This document shows, one piece after another, positions 34,958 to 47,614 of a DNA stretch of 64,000 nucleotides (positions within the stretch are counted from its first letter, which is position 1; every line of letters begins with the position of its first letter). Both the position numbers and the translations under genes were made by a program. The stretch is from positions 124,001-188,000 of the forward strand of contig CDMY01000592.1 in NCBI GenBank assembly GCA_001179505.1, given 5' to 3'. The notes beneath the pieces were generated by a model, which saw nothing but the letters and a program-made list of their open reading frames with translations, was not told where the DNA came from and did not search any database. Source of the DNA: Vitrella brassicaformis CCMP3155. Its lineage: Eukaryota; Protista; Chromerida.

Positions 34958-35309
34958 CGCATTCGTGCACAACTTACTGGCAGACGTGTGTATGGATGTA
35001 CAGTGGATGACTGCCAAGGTGACGATGTTTTATGATCGACATCATGACTTGAGGTGTTCATCATTCATTCTCCAGCTATCTATAGAGAGGCTTTGTGTGT
35101 ATCATATGCATGTGCTTTGTTGACATCAGACACCCTGACATTCAATCAGCGAAGTGTTTCATGATTGGAGGCAAACCATACATACGTGAGTGACATCACT
35201 ATGAGCCACGCTAAGCCCAACTGACTTCATTCATTGAGCAACTCCACCCAGACCTCTCCCTCCCTCCCTCCCACCCCTGCACTGCACACACATACATTCA
35301 TATGGCGAA

Positions 35310-36002
35310 TCATCCGTCCGCTTCATTTACAGGCACGGCCCCTGACACATCCCCGCCCTCACCACCCATTTCCCTCTCCACATCGTCAGACTCGACGGCC
35401 ATAACACCGCCATTCTTGTGATTATCAGGTGCTGCTTCCTCGTGTGGCTGGCCGTTTGCTTCCTGCGTTAGCCCGCTACTTGATGTCAGGGATGCCTCAA
35501 GAAACTCTGCAGGCAGTGTTTGCGGCGAGTCACTTGGTGGTGTCTCGCCTGTCGTTCGCCCACCTCTCCTCGCAGCGACGATAAGGTCCTTTGGCAGTCT
35601 GCGTGGGGCGAACCGTGGGCAGCACTGGTCGATGCACCGCATCAGCTGCCTGCTCACAAACGTGTGGCCCCTCTCGTTCAGATGGCAGCCGTCTGCATAC
35701 AGCCCCTGCACACACGTGTACAGGTGAGAGATGACGAGACACCGTATACACTTCTTTGTCTATGCACACACGTACGTTCCAGTCTCGTGGGAAGGGCAAG
35801 AGGAGGTCGAGGGTTGCCGAGATCCCCTGCAGGAAGCCCACCCTGCCCGAATCCCACACACAACGCCCTTTGCCAGCATCCCGCTCTGCGGGGTCCGTCC
35901 CAGGCTCACCTGAGTGCTGCCTTTGTGTACAGAGACGTCTGCTCATACCTGCGGAGGGAATGTGAAGGAAGGACAGCAGCCCATCCAACATGCATGTATC
36001 AA

Positions 36003-36044
<42 letters not shown>

Positions 36045-36920
36045 TGTGTGCGCCTTACCGACCCAACAAATCTAAAACCACCGCCCTGCACGCAGGTGCC
36101 CTCTCTGCAGGCCTTCTTCCACCCACTCCTGTCGATGGGCGATGGGGCGATAAGGATGATGGAGCAACCAGGGAACTCCCCCTTCAACCGCCGTATGATA
36201 GCCGTCAGGTTGCCCTCATACGTCGGGACGTCCAGCACACAGCGGCCGTCCTCTGCACACACAGAGACACATAGAGGAGAGAGAAGGAACAGAGGAGACA
36301 GGAGGTGATGCATCTGAGTTGATGATTGTGTCTATCGTTCTGACCAGCAGCCAGCAGCTCCGCCGCCTGGAACCACATGATAAACAGCTGCACGCATGCA
36401 TGGAGGGACATCAAGCTTAAGGATGTGAACAAGTGCAGTGCTTCTATAGCCCAATCGTGCAGTTTGCTGTTAACTGCCAATTCCCTACCATCATGGATCT
36501 GTCCATGAGCTGGGGTATAGACTCAATGAATCTGTCCATGTGCTCGAGCAGCAGTGTCGTGCCGACGCCAAAGGGGTAGCCCCTGAATGTAATCCATGAG
36601 CACCGTTGACAACATAACAATCACTTATGTATGGGTAAAAATGAGACCCCCGTGCCTTCCCTCATTCAAGTGTGCTTCTCACCTGTGCAGGACGTCTGCT
36701 TTCCCCTTGAAGGCGGCTGCCAGGTGGCCAGTGAATCCATCCGGGTAGCTCTCGTGCACCACGGAGTCCTGAAATGCACAGACAAGGATGCTTATTGCAG
36801 CCAAATTGCAGCCGTGCTGTTATATATATGCTCTATATGCTCTATATTGCAGCCGTGCTCTTTCTGTCCTGAATGAAGAGTCCGACTCACCCCAACGAGA
36901 ACAACCATTGGTCTCGCCAT
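35310..36920 (-). CDS. SGNH/GDSL hydrolase (IAH1-like esterase)
   Basis: MARPMVVLVG|DSVVHE (block I GDS), ADVLHR|GY (block II), YEGNLTAIIRRL...IILIAPSPID, GLYADGCHLNERGH (block V DxxH). Confidence 0.85.
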
Positions 36921-37147
36921 GTCTGCTTTACATTTCCTTCGGACTCCGTGAAACGATCACTGAGGGAGAAATAGGCCCCCCCGGGTTCTAAGGAAGGGGA
37001 GGATCTTGAAGGCCTTGAGGCTCTCGACCACTCCCTCCCGTCCCGAAATTCAACCATCGACCACCCCCGAATCATCACCTCTCGTCATCCCACCGCAACG
37101 TTGAAGCGAGCGTTGAAGTTGATGGCGTAAGGCCGCCCCCCGACCTC

Positions 37148-40100
37148 ATGATGCCCATCAAGGACGAAAAGGACCTGCCCCCACCCCTGGAGGGCAAGTC
37201 GCAGCCGAGCAGCCCGTACGGCAGTCCGCTGCGGCCGTGCAACCGGGAGAGCGAGGGCGGCAAGAGCGGTAGCAGCGGGGGGTCGCAGAGGGGCTCACAG
37301 GGCGGGGCGTACGAGGAGCGCCCGCCGCCCAAGGGAGCGACGGGCCACCGAATCGTGGAGACCATCCCCCTTAATGAGGACCTCTTCCCGCCGGGTGAGA
37401 CAGCAGACACAGACCAGGGGGACAGGGGGACGAAGGGAGGGTCGCTGGATGGATGGACGGACGGACGGATATCACTATGTGGCCTGTGCCTTGGTTGTTG
37501 TTGGCTTGCCGTGTGTGGTGGTGCTTTGCAGGTCTGAACATTGTTGGTTCTGTGTTGGGGTATCGGGGGTCCAACCAGCGCAACTTCGAGCGCAAGAGTG
37601 GCGCCATAGTCTACCTAAGGGGTGCGATGCAAACACGCACCCAATGGAGACGCGACTGGCTGTGTGGGCCTACTTTTGTGTTTTGCAATGGATGTCGCTA
37701 TGCAGGTGGGGGCATTTCGGGCACCCGAGTGGACGACAGAGGCAAAGAGCTGGAGCCACTGCACCTAGGTGGGTACTCGCCGCCGATATACATGCCTATC
37801 AACATCCACTGCACTGTGTGTGTGGAGTGGTGTGGTGTGGTGTGGTATGGTTAATGTCTGGCTGCAGTTGTCAAGTGCGACCGTTTGGATCAGGTGGACG
37901 TGGTGCGTCAGGAGCTGGACGCGTTGCTGGACGGCTTCTACGCCGACCGCAACATGGAGCGGCCGCCCCACAAGCGGCTGACCAACCAGCCCGCGCGCGC
38001 CGTGCGATCGCCGCCCCCGCCCACCGTGCAGCATTTCCTCTTCAACCTCCACAACCTGTGCCACGCCAAAGGGGACGTCCACAAGGGGTTTGCCGTGCCG
38101 GTGCGGGGCCTGCCGGAGGTGTATGGGGGATACTTCCGACACGAATTCCCCATTCACATCTTCCTCAGAGTTGAACCACCCAACAACGTCGCTGGTGAGT
38201 ACACACAGAGGGAGAGAGAGGGAGGGAGAGAGAGGGAGGGAGGGAGAGGGGGCACATACATGCCAACAAGCGAGACACCTCTTCCTGTGGCCTTCTTGCC
38301 CTTCAGCATCTCTGGAGCGTTTGCCGCACGTCGTTCATTTGTTTGAGGACAACAAGTACCACACATGACACATACTGGCACACACACAATCCCGCCCGGC
38401 CAACTGTCGCCTCTGTTTTCTTGTTGTGTGTGTGTTGCAGTGGGGGTGTGATGATGGGCCCGGTCCATCCACCGACCATATCGTTTGCCGAATTTTGCGC
38501 CATAGACGAGAAGTACCGCGCCGACCTGCAGGCGGGCATCATCCCTCCCCGCTCGCCCACCGTCACGAATGCCGTCCCCTTCGCCCCGCCATCCCCATCG
38601 CACCCCCACCCGCCCCTCCCCATCCACACACACAACATGGCATCGCCACCGCATCCCGGCGTCATGCCACCCGTACACCCGTCGGCCACGGGGTACGGCT
38701 ACCCCATACCCGCACACGCCCACCAGCCGCCCCCTCCACCCATGCAGCACACACACAATGGCGCCTACCCCCCGCCCCCACCCCCTCCGCCCAACCACTT
38801 CGCGCCACTGCCATTCGCACCGCACATGTCGCCCTTCACCCACGAAGTGGCGGCTCACCATACGGCGTTCCGTGCGTCGCCCCCTCCGGGGCTGAGCCCT
38901 CCCACCATGAAGCGTGGGCCGCCATCCGAGAGTGGCAGTGGGGCTGAGGTCGACGGGTGTGGGGTTGTGGTGGGTGGGGGTGAGTATCACGGGCCACCGG
39001 GGGCCAAGCGGTATAGGGGAGGGCTGGGTGGCATGGGGGGCGGGCCGCCCGCACTCAGGGACCTGCTCATGCAGATACACCGGTCAGTGAGACAGACAGG
39101 CAGGCAGGCAGGCAAGGAGACGGATGCGGTGCGACGTGATGTGATTGATGCGGTGTTGTGTGGTTGTGTGTGCAGTTTGTTGATGCACTTTGGAGGTCCT
39201 GACGGCCCCGGAGTAGCGATGGTAGCACTGCCGTGTTTGTACCAGGAGCGGTTTGGCATGCCACTCGACCTGTCGGTGTCGGGCGAGCCCTCCCTACTCA
39301 GCCTACTCACCAGATTCCCAAAGGTACGCCTACATGGACAGGACAGCTGGACACACGGATGCACACAGAGCAGACACGGGCTTCTGCACGAGGCACACGC
39401 ATGGGGGATAGATGGCTGCCTTTTCCGGCCAGTCGGTCGATGTATACTGAGAGCTTTTTAGTCGAGTCTTATCATATTCATTGCGACGCCTTGCAAGAGC
39501 TTTTATCTGTCTGTGTCTCTGTCTACCCTTTCGGACCTTTATTCATCACGCGCTCTGTATGTAGAGTCGGTAGAAGTTAGCAGCCTTCCTTTGCGGATGT
39601 GTCCTCGACTGTGAGTGGGCCCTTTATTCATTCGTCCATTAGCACTCTGTGTCCATACAATGGGTCTCTCGACTTGCATGCTGTTTGTTCCGTCTACCTA
39701 CTTAAGGATCAAATCGGTCGATTGGTGAAGCTTTCGGACTGGCTGCGCGTGTCTGACTGACCGGCTTGACAAGTCAGATGAGGCCCCTTAGTACTATGTC
39801 CCTCCCTCCCTTCGTTGTGTCTCTCGAATGCAGTGAGTGAGTGGGTGAGTGAGTGAGTGGGTGTTTTGAGTGTCATGTGTCTATCTAGATAGACCTGCCT
39901 ACCCTACCTGTCCACGGCAGAATGACTGACCCACGAATGACTGGCCGACTGGGATGTGTGTGTACATGTACGTATGCGCGTGGAGTGTCTGTGCCCGCAA
40001 CCCGGAGCGCACGAGTCACTCCCATAGGTTGGCGTTTTCGAGAGAAAGGCTCGCATGTGTGGATGGATGGATGGACTCGACTGGATGGACGTATTTGTGT

Positions 40101-41144
40101 GCACAAGACGGGTGGTTCACTCACGCGCACACCCCCCACCGACCGACCGACTGTGTGTATACTATATATGGCAACTGCATATCTTGACATTTTTGTCCCT
40201 CGTGGGTTGATTGAATGCCGCCCCTGCCTGATTGACGTGGATGGGTATGTGTTTGTGTGGGTGCGGCGCGAGATGGAAAGGAAGAGACTCGACTGATGGA
40301 GGGAGGCAACTCGACTCACTGCCAGCCAACCGATAGAAGCTTTATGGCTGCACACGTATGTAGCTAGCTAAGCAGCAAGAGGCCTGACAAGCTGACAGCT
40401 AGCCAGGCAGGCAGGCAGGCAGGCAAGCCGGGAGATGGATGGATGGATGGATGGGTGCACCCCACCACTTAGAAGTAGATAGATGCATACATACCAGACC
40501 TTGTGCCTCTCTGTCTGCTGCCTGTCTCAGCCATGGACGTGTTATTGCCTTGTATGTGTTGTGTTCAGGTAGTGTCTCTGTGCGAGGGTGCCGAGGGCGG
40601 TCTGTGTGTGCGCCCCTGCCGCGCCCCGCAGTTCCCCGACAGCCAGCCGTCCTCATCGCTCACGGCCACCCACACCAGCAGCCCCCAGCAGGCCCAGCTG
40701 GAGGCTCTCCTCAAACACATCGCCACCGCCAAGGCCGCCCAGGGTGGTGTGGGTGTGGGGGCGGCCTCGCCACTGGCACCAGGGGCCGATGAGGGTGTAG
40801 GGGTGGGGGCCCTGCTGTCGGCCGCCGAGATGCTGTTCAAGCTCTCTGGCCATCAGCGGCAGGGCGGGAATCCGTCGGCCAAGCTAGAGGGGGCCACCAC
40901 CAGCAGCAGCAGCAGCGGTGGTGAGGGGCAAGGCGGGCCAGGCGCGGGGTCGGGCACTACTGGGATTGGCAGCAGTGGGGGCGGTGTTGGCCCCCCCAAG
41001 AAGCACTCGTTTGGAGGCAACGAGGCGGTGGTGAAGCGTGAGAGGGAGAGGGAGAGGGATCAGCCGCGTGAGCCGATAGCGTTTCAGCGCGAGAGGAGCC
41101 GCGACCTCAAGGAGGTGCTCGCCATACTCAACCTACTCAAATGA
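37148..41144 (+). CDS. RNA-binding protein: SF1/KHDC4-like KH domain plus two LOTUS (OST-HTH)-like domains
   Basis: LNIVGSVLGYRGSNQRNFERKSGAIVYLRGGG (KH GxxG loop). LPEVYGGYF...SLERLPHVVHL and LPCLYQERFGMPLDLSVSGEPSLLSLLTRFPK|VVSLCE (LOTUS-like). Last exon 40569-41144. Confidence 0.8.
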
Positions 41145-41843
41145 ATCATAGCGAACGACGGGTGCCGTGCGGTGCGGTGCGGTGGATGTATGCGTGGCGA
41201 CCGATAGATGGATACAGTACATGGCTGGGTGAGGTGGCTGACAGAATGAATAACAATCGATAGATACGGGAGGGGCGCATGCCATGCCATCCACACACAG
41301 GCATGGCATGGCATGGCATGGGTGGGTGGGTGGGTGGGTGGAAAGGGGAGGGAGTGGGTAACCAGCTGCATGCATGGCAATGATAGACTGACTGACCGAC
41401 CTCAGCAGTGTGTTGTGTTTGTGCATCGATTGGTTGAATGCATGTTGGTCACGCATCACGGTGCACGGGAAGTGCACTGCACTCACTTGAGCTCAACCAC
41501 TGACTGCAAAACACTTGCAAATTGTCAGCATGCCATGCATCAATCGGGCACACGTACAGTACACGGTCATCAATTGGGGCTTATATATGGCTCTGATCAC
41601 GTATATACCACGGCAGCGCCAACACGACAGATCGCTGACCCACCCCGCCGACCGTGGCCGGCCATAAATATGCACACTCACTCACTCACTGTACACGCAG
41701 CGCAGCCACCGCCAAGCCTGTAGGCTCTCTGTCTGTCAGGTGGCCCCACGCAAAAACCCTGCACACGACGAAAAATCCCTGCTGCTGCGTGCCGTGTAGT
41801 ATCAACAACAACGCATCACATGATGGATGCATGCATCAGTTAG

Positions 41844-44800
41844 TCAATTGCTAATATCGACAAAGAGGGGTTTGGACGGCGTGAGCTCGTTGCCTTGTGT
41901 GTCGATGGGCACCACTTGCAGGTAGCAGCACTTGCCCAGGTCCACATCTCCCGCCATTTTCTGCAGCACCTTGATGTGCGGCACCTGCGCCATATGCTCG
42001 AACTGCGTCTTGGCGTGCTCGCCAAGACGCAGTTCGGTAGGAGGGTTGCTCGGACCTGCAATGCATCCATCCACAAATATTGCTGCATGTCTCCGCCTCT
42101 TGATCGATGGACGCGACAAAACATGGACCCACCTGCGAGAATTCTCCACCGGGCGATGCCACTCTGGCCGCTTTGGCTGTAATGGATTGCCCTCTCCCGG
42201 CCGTTGAGGACCAGGGCAGGGGGGGCTGGCGCCACACCATGGCCCCATGGCAGTTTGTAGGATCGGTAGGTCCACGAACGCCACGAGCCGTACGACAGCT
42301 CTAGCAACACTTGTCCGTCACGATTTAGCTCCTACAGACATACACAGACACAGACAGACACACACACAATGTCACGCCACACACACATCCATCCATCCAT
42401 CCATCCGGCCAACCACTTGCCCGCCCCCACCTGGTAGAAGGGCAGCAGTCCATTGCTGCCCCATGCTGCGACGAAGGTGTCGACATTGCCGTCGGGCCCG
42501 GCTAAGGGTTGCAAGCCTCCCATGGCGTATGCAAAGGGTGCGATTGAGCCAGTGTCCGAGGGCGCGGGGAACTCCCAGGTGAGGACGGCCGTCTTGTCCT
42601 TCTCGAATATTTCGTATTCGACGAGCCGTGTGGTGAGACTATCCCGCCCATTGCCGTTGTCGAAGCAAGTCAGGAACATCTGCCCATCGTCAGACACCCG
42701 CACACGGGCGTCGTGAGGCCATGAGAACACGTGGGAGTCGTTGCCGAGGAAGGCGAACTGGTTGAATGTCTCCCTCCCGCCCATCTGCCACTCGATGCGG
42801 CTGGTGGGTCGGCTGAGTTTGATGAGTCCGACAGCCCTGAAGTTGACAAGGAGGTCTGAGCCCTCTTCACCGCCAATCCACTCGACGCTGTTAATGTGGG
42901 TCACTGTGCACAACCAAGACAACAGGGGCGGGAGGGGGGGGCGGGCAGACAGAGTATAGATGGATGCGTTCGTGTGTGCGTGTGTCTGTCTGTGTATGTG
43001 GCTGACCGTCCCAGGGTGTGTGACGCCTGAGCGACTCCCCCAGTGGCCTCTGGGTCTGGCGGAGTAAGTAAGGCAGCTCGAAATAGTCCCAGCTCCGGAA
43101 CTGACCACACCACACGGACAGATAATTGTTATCCTGCGCCGTCCACTTGTGCGTGTCATTCATTCACTCACTCAGTCACTCACTTCGAAGACGACGTTGC
43201 CGTGTGGGTCAAGCTCTTGGACAATGGCGCCCACGAGTTTCATTTTGACGGGTCCAGTCCCCTCTGCGGGTGTCTTGTGGGGCGGCAGGTAGTCCTGGTC
43301 GATGCGCACTGTCTGGGTGTCGTACGCCCTGCACACACACACACAAAGGATTACAGGTCGTTTGGCGCCGGGGTACGGTACATCACGTCTGACTGCTTTC
43401 TCTCGTCAGCCCACACACATGCATACATTTGAAGTGTCCAGCCTCTCTTGCTTAATCGAAAGTCGTGGTAGTCTGCGTGATATCTGCGCACGCAGGCAGG
43501 CAGGGCAGGGCAATTTGTTTCGTATGTAGCCGCCTGTGTGGGTCATGGCCAGNNNNNNNNNNNNNNNNNNNNNNNNNNNNNNNNNNNNNNNNNNNNNNNN
43601 NNNNNNNNNNNNNNNNNNNNNNNNNNNNNNNNNNNNNNNNNNNNNNNNNNNNNNNNNNNNNNNNNNNNNNNNNNNNNNNNNNNNNNNNNNNNNNNNNNNN
43701 NNNNNNNNNNNNNNNNNNNNNNNNNNNNNNNNNNNNNNNNNNNNNNNNNNNNNNNNNNNNNNNNNNNNNNNNNNNNNNNNNNNNNNNNNNNNNNNNNNNN
43801 NNNNNNNNNNNNNNNNNNNNNNNNNNNNNNNNNNNNNNNNNNNNNNNNNNNNCCCCCCCCCCCCACTCTCTCTCACCCGTTGCCCATGAAGTGCAGTTTC
43901 TTCTGACGGTAGTGCTCGTCCAACTCCACCCACTCAAAGCTGCGCTCCGTCGACTTGCCGTCATGCTTGGCGTGCACCAGCCGTTTCCCGCTGTGTGGTC
44001 TGTACTCGATGTGCCCGCCGCCAAAGGATCCCCCGAACCAGAAGGGTTCGCCTTGTGAGTCGAGTATCATGCTATATCCGGAGGCGAAGATGTAGCCCGG
44101 GCTGATTTGCTGTCTGAGGGTCTCATTCTTGGGCATGCGGATGGTGTACTGGGTGCATTGCATTGCAAGCAGGGGGGATGGGATATATGCCAACAGTGAT
44201 ATGAATGAGTCACTCATGGGTCAACCGGTCCCACCTCTGGGAAGCCTCTGGGTAGGGTTATGTAGTCATTGGGCGGCATGTGGACGACCTCATACTCCGA
44301 GTCGTCATGCCGCTTGGCGCCCCGCGGACTCTGGCCTGTACCCCACACACGCCGCTCCGCTGCCTTCTCCTCCTGCACACGCACACGGGGATCCCGTGTC
44401 TCTAATTGTGTGTGTGGGTCTGGCGGCTGCTCGCACATTTGGTCAGTGACCTACCGCAGAAGGTGCATGGTAGTTGAAATCTGAAGGAGAGAGGAGAGAA
44501 CGGCAAAGGATGAACACACTGTGCGGTGCGCATGTGTCTTGTCGATGCCGTGACGTGAATGGCTCACTCACACAGGAAGTGCTCGTCGGTGAAGACGACG
44601 GGCGGCTGGATGTCCTCCTGCGCCTTGCGTAGACTGCTCTGGCTGGCCTTGACCTTCGGCCGGCAATAGGCACCCTCGGGACTAGTCAGAAAACTCCACG
44701 TGTGCAAAGCAAAAGTCTCTCCCTTTGTGGTCGCAACGCCCTCATCAATGGTGACGGTGATTTGCTCGCCTGTCTTGAACAGTCGCTCTGGCACAACAAT

Positions 44801-45203
44801 AACGGTGAGGCCGTCGTCCGCCACTGTGGCTCTAGCCTTGTAATCGCCCCCCTTGCTGCCTTGCAGCTTGACGCGTCCTTCCACACTCGCAGTGTCCACA
44901 TCGCCGGAGCCACCCGGCAGCCGGAAGGCCAGAGAGGTGCACACCTGCAGACACAGAACGGGGAAAGCCCCGGTCCGGTTGTCACATCGGGAGGATGTCT
45001 AAGGCTGTGTGTGGGACCTGCACGAAGAAGGAGTTGTTACGGGGGCTGTGATAGGCAAAGGGGCCGAAGTCCATCTTCGAATCCAGGTGTATGTGGAGGT
45101 CATTGCCCGCCAGGTCTTCCAGCACCTTCTTCGGCGCACCCCACACTTGTGAACACAGCAGCAGTGCCACAAGGCCAAAGGGCCCACTGCAGGCGCCTGC
45201 CAT
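41844..45203 (-). CDS. Secreted arylsulfotransferase (ASST)-like beta-propeller with N-terminal Ig-like domain
   Basis: Signal peptide. Ig-like VIVVPERLFKTGEQITVTIDEGV...TWSFLT. GYHADYHDFRL, VQELDPHGNVVFEFRSWDY, THINSV...LLVNFR...IEWQMGG...FSWPHDAR...LTCFDNG, TYRSYKLPW. Confidence 0.8.
43553..43851. other. Assembly gap (299 N) inside an intron of the ASST-like gene, next to a C13 run
   Basis: The flanking exons join in phase (FMGNG|YHADYHDF), so probably no exon is missing. Confidence 0.9.
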
Positions 45204-45312
45204 GGTCTCACCTCACCTCTCCACTCTCTCCCCCTCCTCCCCTTGGCTGCCGTTATTCTGTCGCTTTATTTCAGCTGCGAGCTTAGACGAGCAGGTGCAC
45301 CGCAGGGAGCCA

Positions 45313-47129
45313 ATGGAGAAGAGCTCATCTTCATCGGTTCCTTCCTCAAGCGATCTTCGGCAGCGCAGATCCGCCGCTGATGCATCGACCGGCGATACCA
45401 AGGACGACGCTCGAAAGAAGGCGGCCGCCTTGCACAACAGAGCTGAGTTCGGCGGTCCTGTCGGCGCGGCAGTGCTACTGGTCTTCCTGCCCTCCTTCGT
45501 GGTGCTCCTGTACCTCTCGTGTAATGAGTCCTTCTGCGTTAGGACAGAATCTCTGTGGGAGGACCTTTCCCACCTGCCAAAGGCAATCGGCACACAGCTG
45601 GTGGCCTCAGGTGGCTTGCTATCTATTGAGAGGCTGACAAGGAGCATGGCGATTCTGTTAGTGTGGATGCTGGTGCTGATGGTACTGGAAAGGGTGTTGC
45701 CAGCACGAATTGTGGACGGGATGGAACTCCCTGGTGGAAGGGGGCGGCTCACGTACCGCATCAACGGCCATCTCACCTTTTGGGCCGTCCTTGTGGCCTT
45801 GCTAATTGCGTATCCGCAACGCACGTACAAGGGTGAGGGGCAGTGGTCTTTGGGGCCGTTCCCTCTGTCAGCTCTGCACGACCTGTACCTCCCCCTGATA
45901 GTGTCATCGATCGCCCTGTGCTTGCTCATGTCGGTTGTGCTCTTCCTGGCATCCTTCCGGTCTGGTTCTCCCCCGCCCCTGCTGTCTGAGCCAGGCAACA
46001 CCGGCCACCCACTCACGGACTTCTTCATGGGCCGGGAGCTCAACCCCCGAACCTATGGGCTCGACTGGAAGTTCTTTTGTGAGCTGCGGCCTGGTCTGAT
46101 AGGCTGGGTGGTCCTCTTGCTGGGAGCGGCCCTCAAGCAGATGGAGGAGTTTGGGCTGGGGGGCGTGTCGCCTGAGCTGGTGCTGCTGATAGTCTTCCAG
46201 GGCCTCTACGTGTGGGATGCACTCAAACAAGAACCAGCCGTCCTCAGCACTATGGACATCACCACTGGTGGGTGGGAAAGAGATAAATAGACAGAGATGG
46301 TTTGTCTTTCTGTAACATCCATCCATCAATCATTGTTTGCCGACACATGGATGGATGGATGGATGTGTGTGTGCAGACGGGTTTGGGTTCATGTTGGTGT
46401 TTGGTGATCTGTGTTGGGTGCCCTTCACCTACTCGCTGCAGGCCAGGATCATCCTCATACGCCCACCCAACCTGCCGCATGCCGCACTGGCCGCTATCGC
46501 CGCACTCAACCTATTCGGTAGCTGCACTGCAGCGCAGCCAACATAGAACGACTGATATAGCTAGATAGAGAGGGACAGATTACATACACACACACACTGG
46601 TTCGCAGGTTACTGGATCTTCCGGTCGTCCAACAGCCAGAAGGATGCCTTCAGGAGGGACCCAAACGCCCCCAGCGTGCGACACCTCAAATACATCGAAA
46701 CCAAAACAGGTAAACGTTGAACAAGGAACCCGGCAGCCGAATCCTGGACGTATGTCTGTCTGTCTGTCTGCTGTGTGTATGAGTGTAGGTCGTCGTTTGT
46801 TGACGTCAGGTTGGTGGGGCCGTGCGCGTAAGATCAACTACACGGGCGACTGGCTCATGGGGCTGGCCTGGTGTCTGCTGTGCGGCGGCTGGACTCCCAT
46901 AGCCTACTACTATGCCGGCTACTTCCTATTCCTGCTATTGCACAGGTACGTCCCAACATGTAGGATGCCCAGCCCAGTCTCTCTCACTTCCTGTCCTGTC
47001 CTGTCTGGTTGTGTTGTGTTGTCCACTAGGGCATTGCGTGACGAGTGGGCGTGTTCGGCCAAGTACGGGGCTGACTGGCAGCGCTACAAACAGCACGTGC
47101 CCTATGTCTTAATACCTGGCGTCATCTGA
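45313..47129 (+). CDS. ERG24: Delta(14)-sterol reductase (ERG24/TM7SF2/LBR family)
   Basis: [100 protein letters not shown]. Confidence 0.93.
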
Positions 47130-47614
47130 TGGGATGGGTGGGGGCCGGGGCGACGATATAGTGCATGGCATGCGTATATGGATGCGTTTTGAGGGAGGGA
47201 GGGAGGGAGGGAGGCTGTTTGGGTTGGGTGGGAGTGGGGCCGCTACCTGCGGAGTGAGTTAGGCCATGCTTTTTTCGTCTGTTGTCCGAGTACATAGGGC
47301 GTGACGGCAGACAGACAGAGTTGGTGTCCATCCACATATGTGTGTATGCACAACCAAGTACCCTATTATCGGTCTATGCTGCCAGCCAGCCAGTCATCCA
47401 TGCACTGCACCCGACCGACAGATACCTAACACTCACTAATGAGCGTGCATCGCGAATGAATCCGTTCTTGGCCCGGCTGGCTGGCTGGCTCTCCGTCAGT
47501 CAAATTGCATTGCACCAAAAAGCCGTCGAGTGAGTTAAAGTGATGCGCGCTCAGAAATCGATCGTACGGCACAATCCATCGACCGACCAGGCAGCCAGGC
47601 AGCAGCTGTTCTGT

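Noticed and set aside
43553-43851. N run as a hidden element or missing exon
   Set aside because: Assembly gap within an intron; the flanking exons join in phase.
34306-45203. CxxC protein plus ASST as an analogue of the bacterial AssT-DsbL system
   Set aside because: They are about 7 kb apart with unrelated genes between them, and their predicted compartments differ (mitochondrion-like versus secreted).
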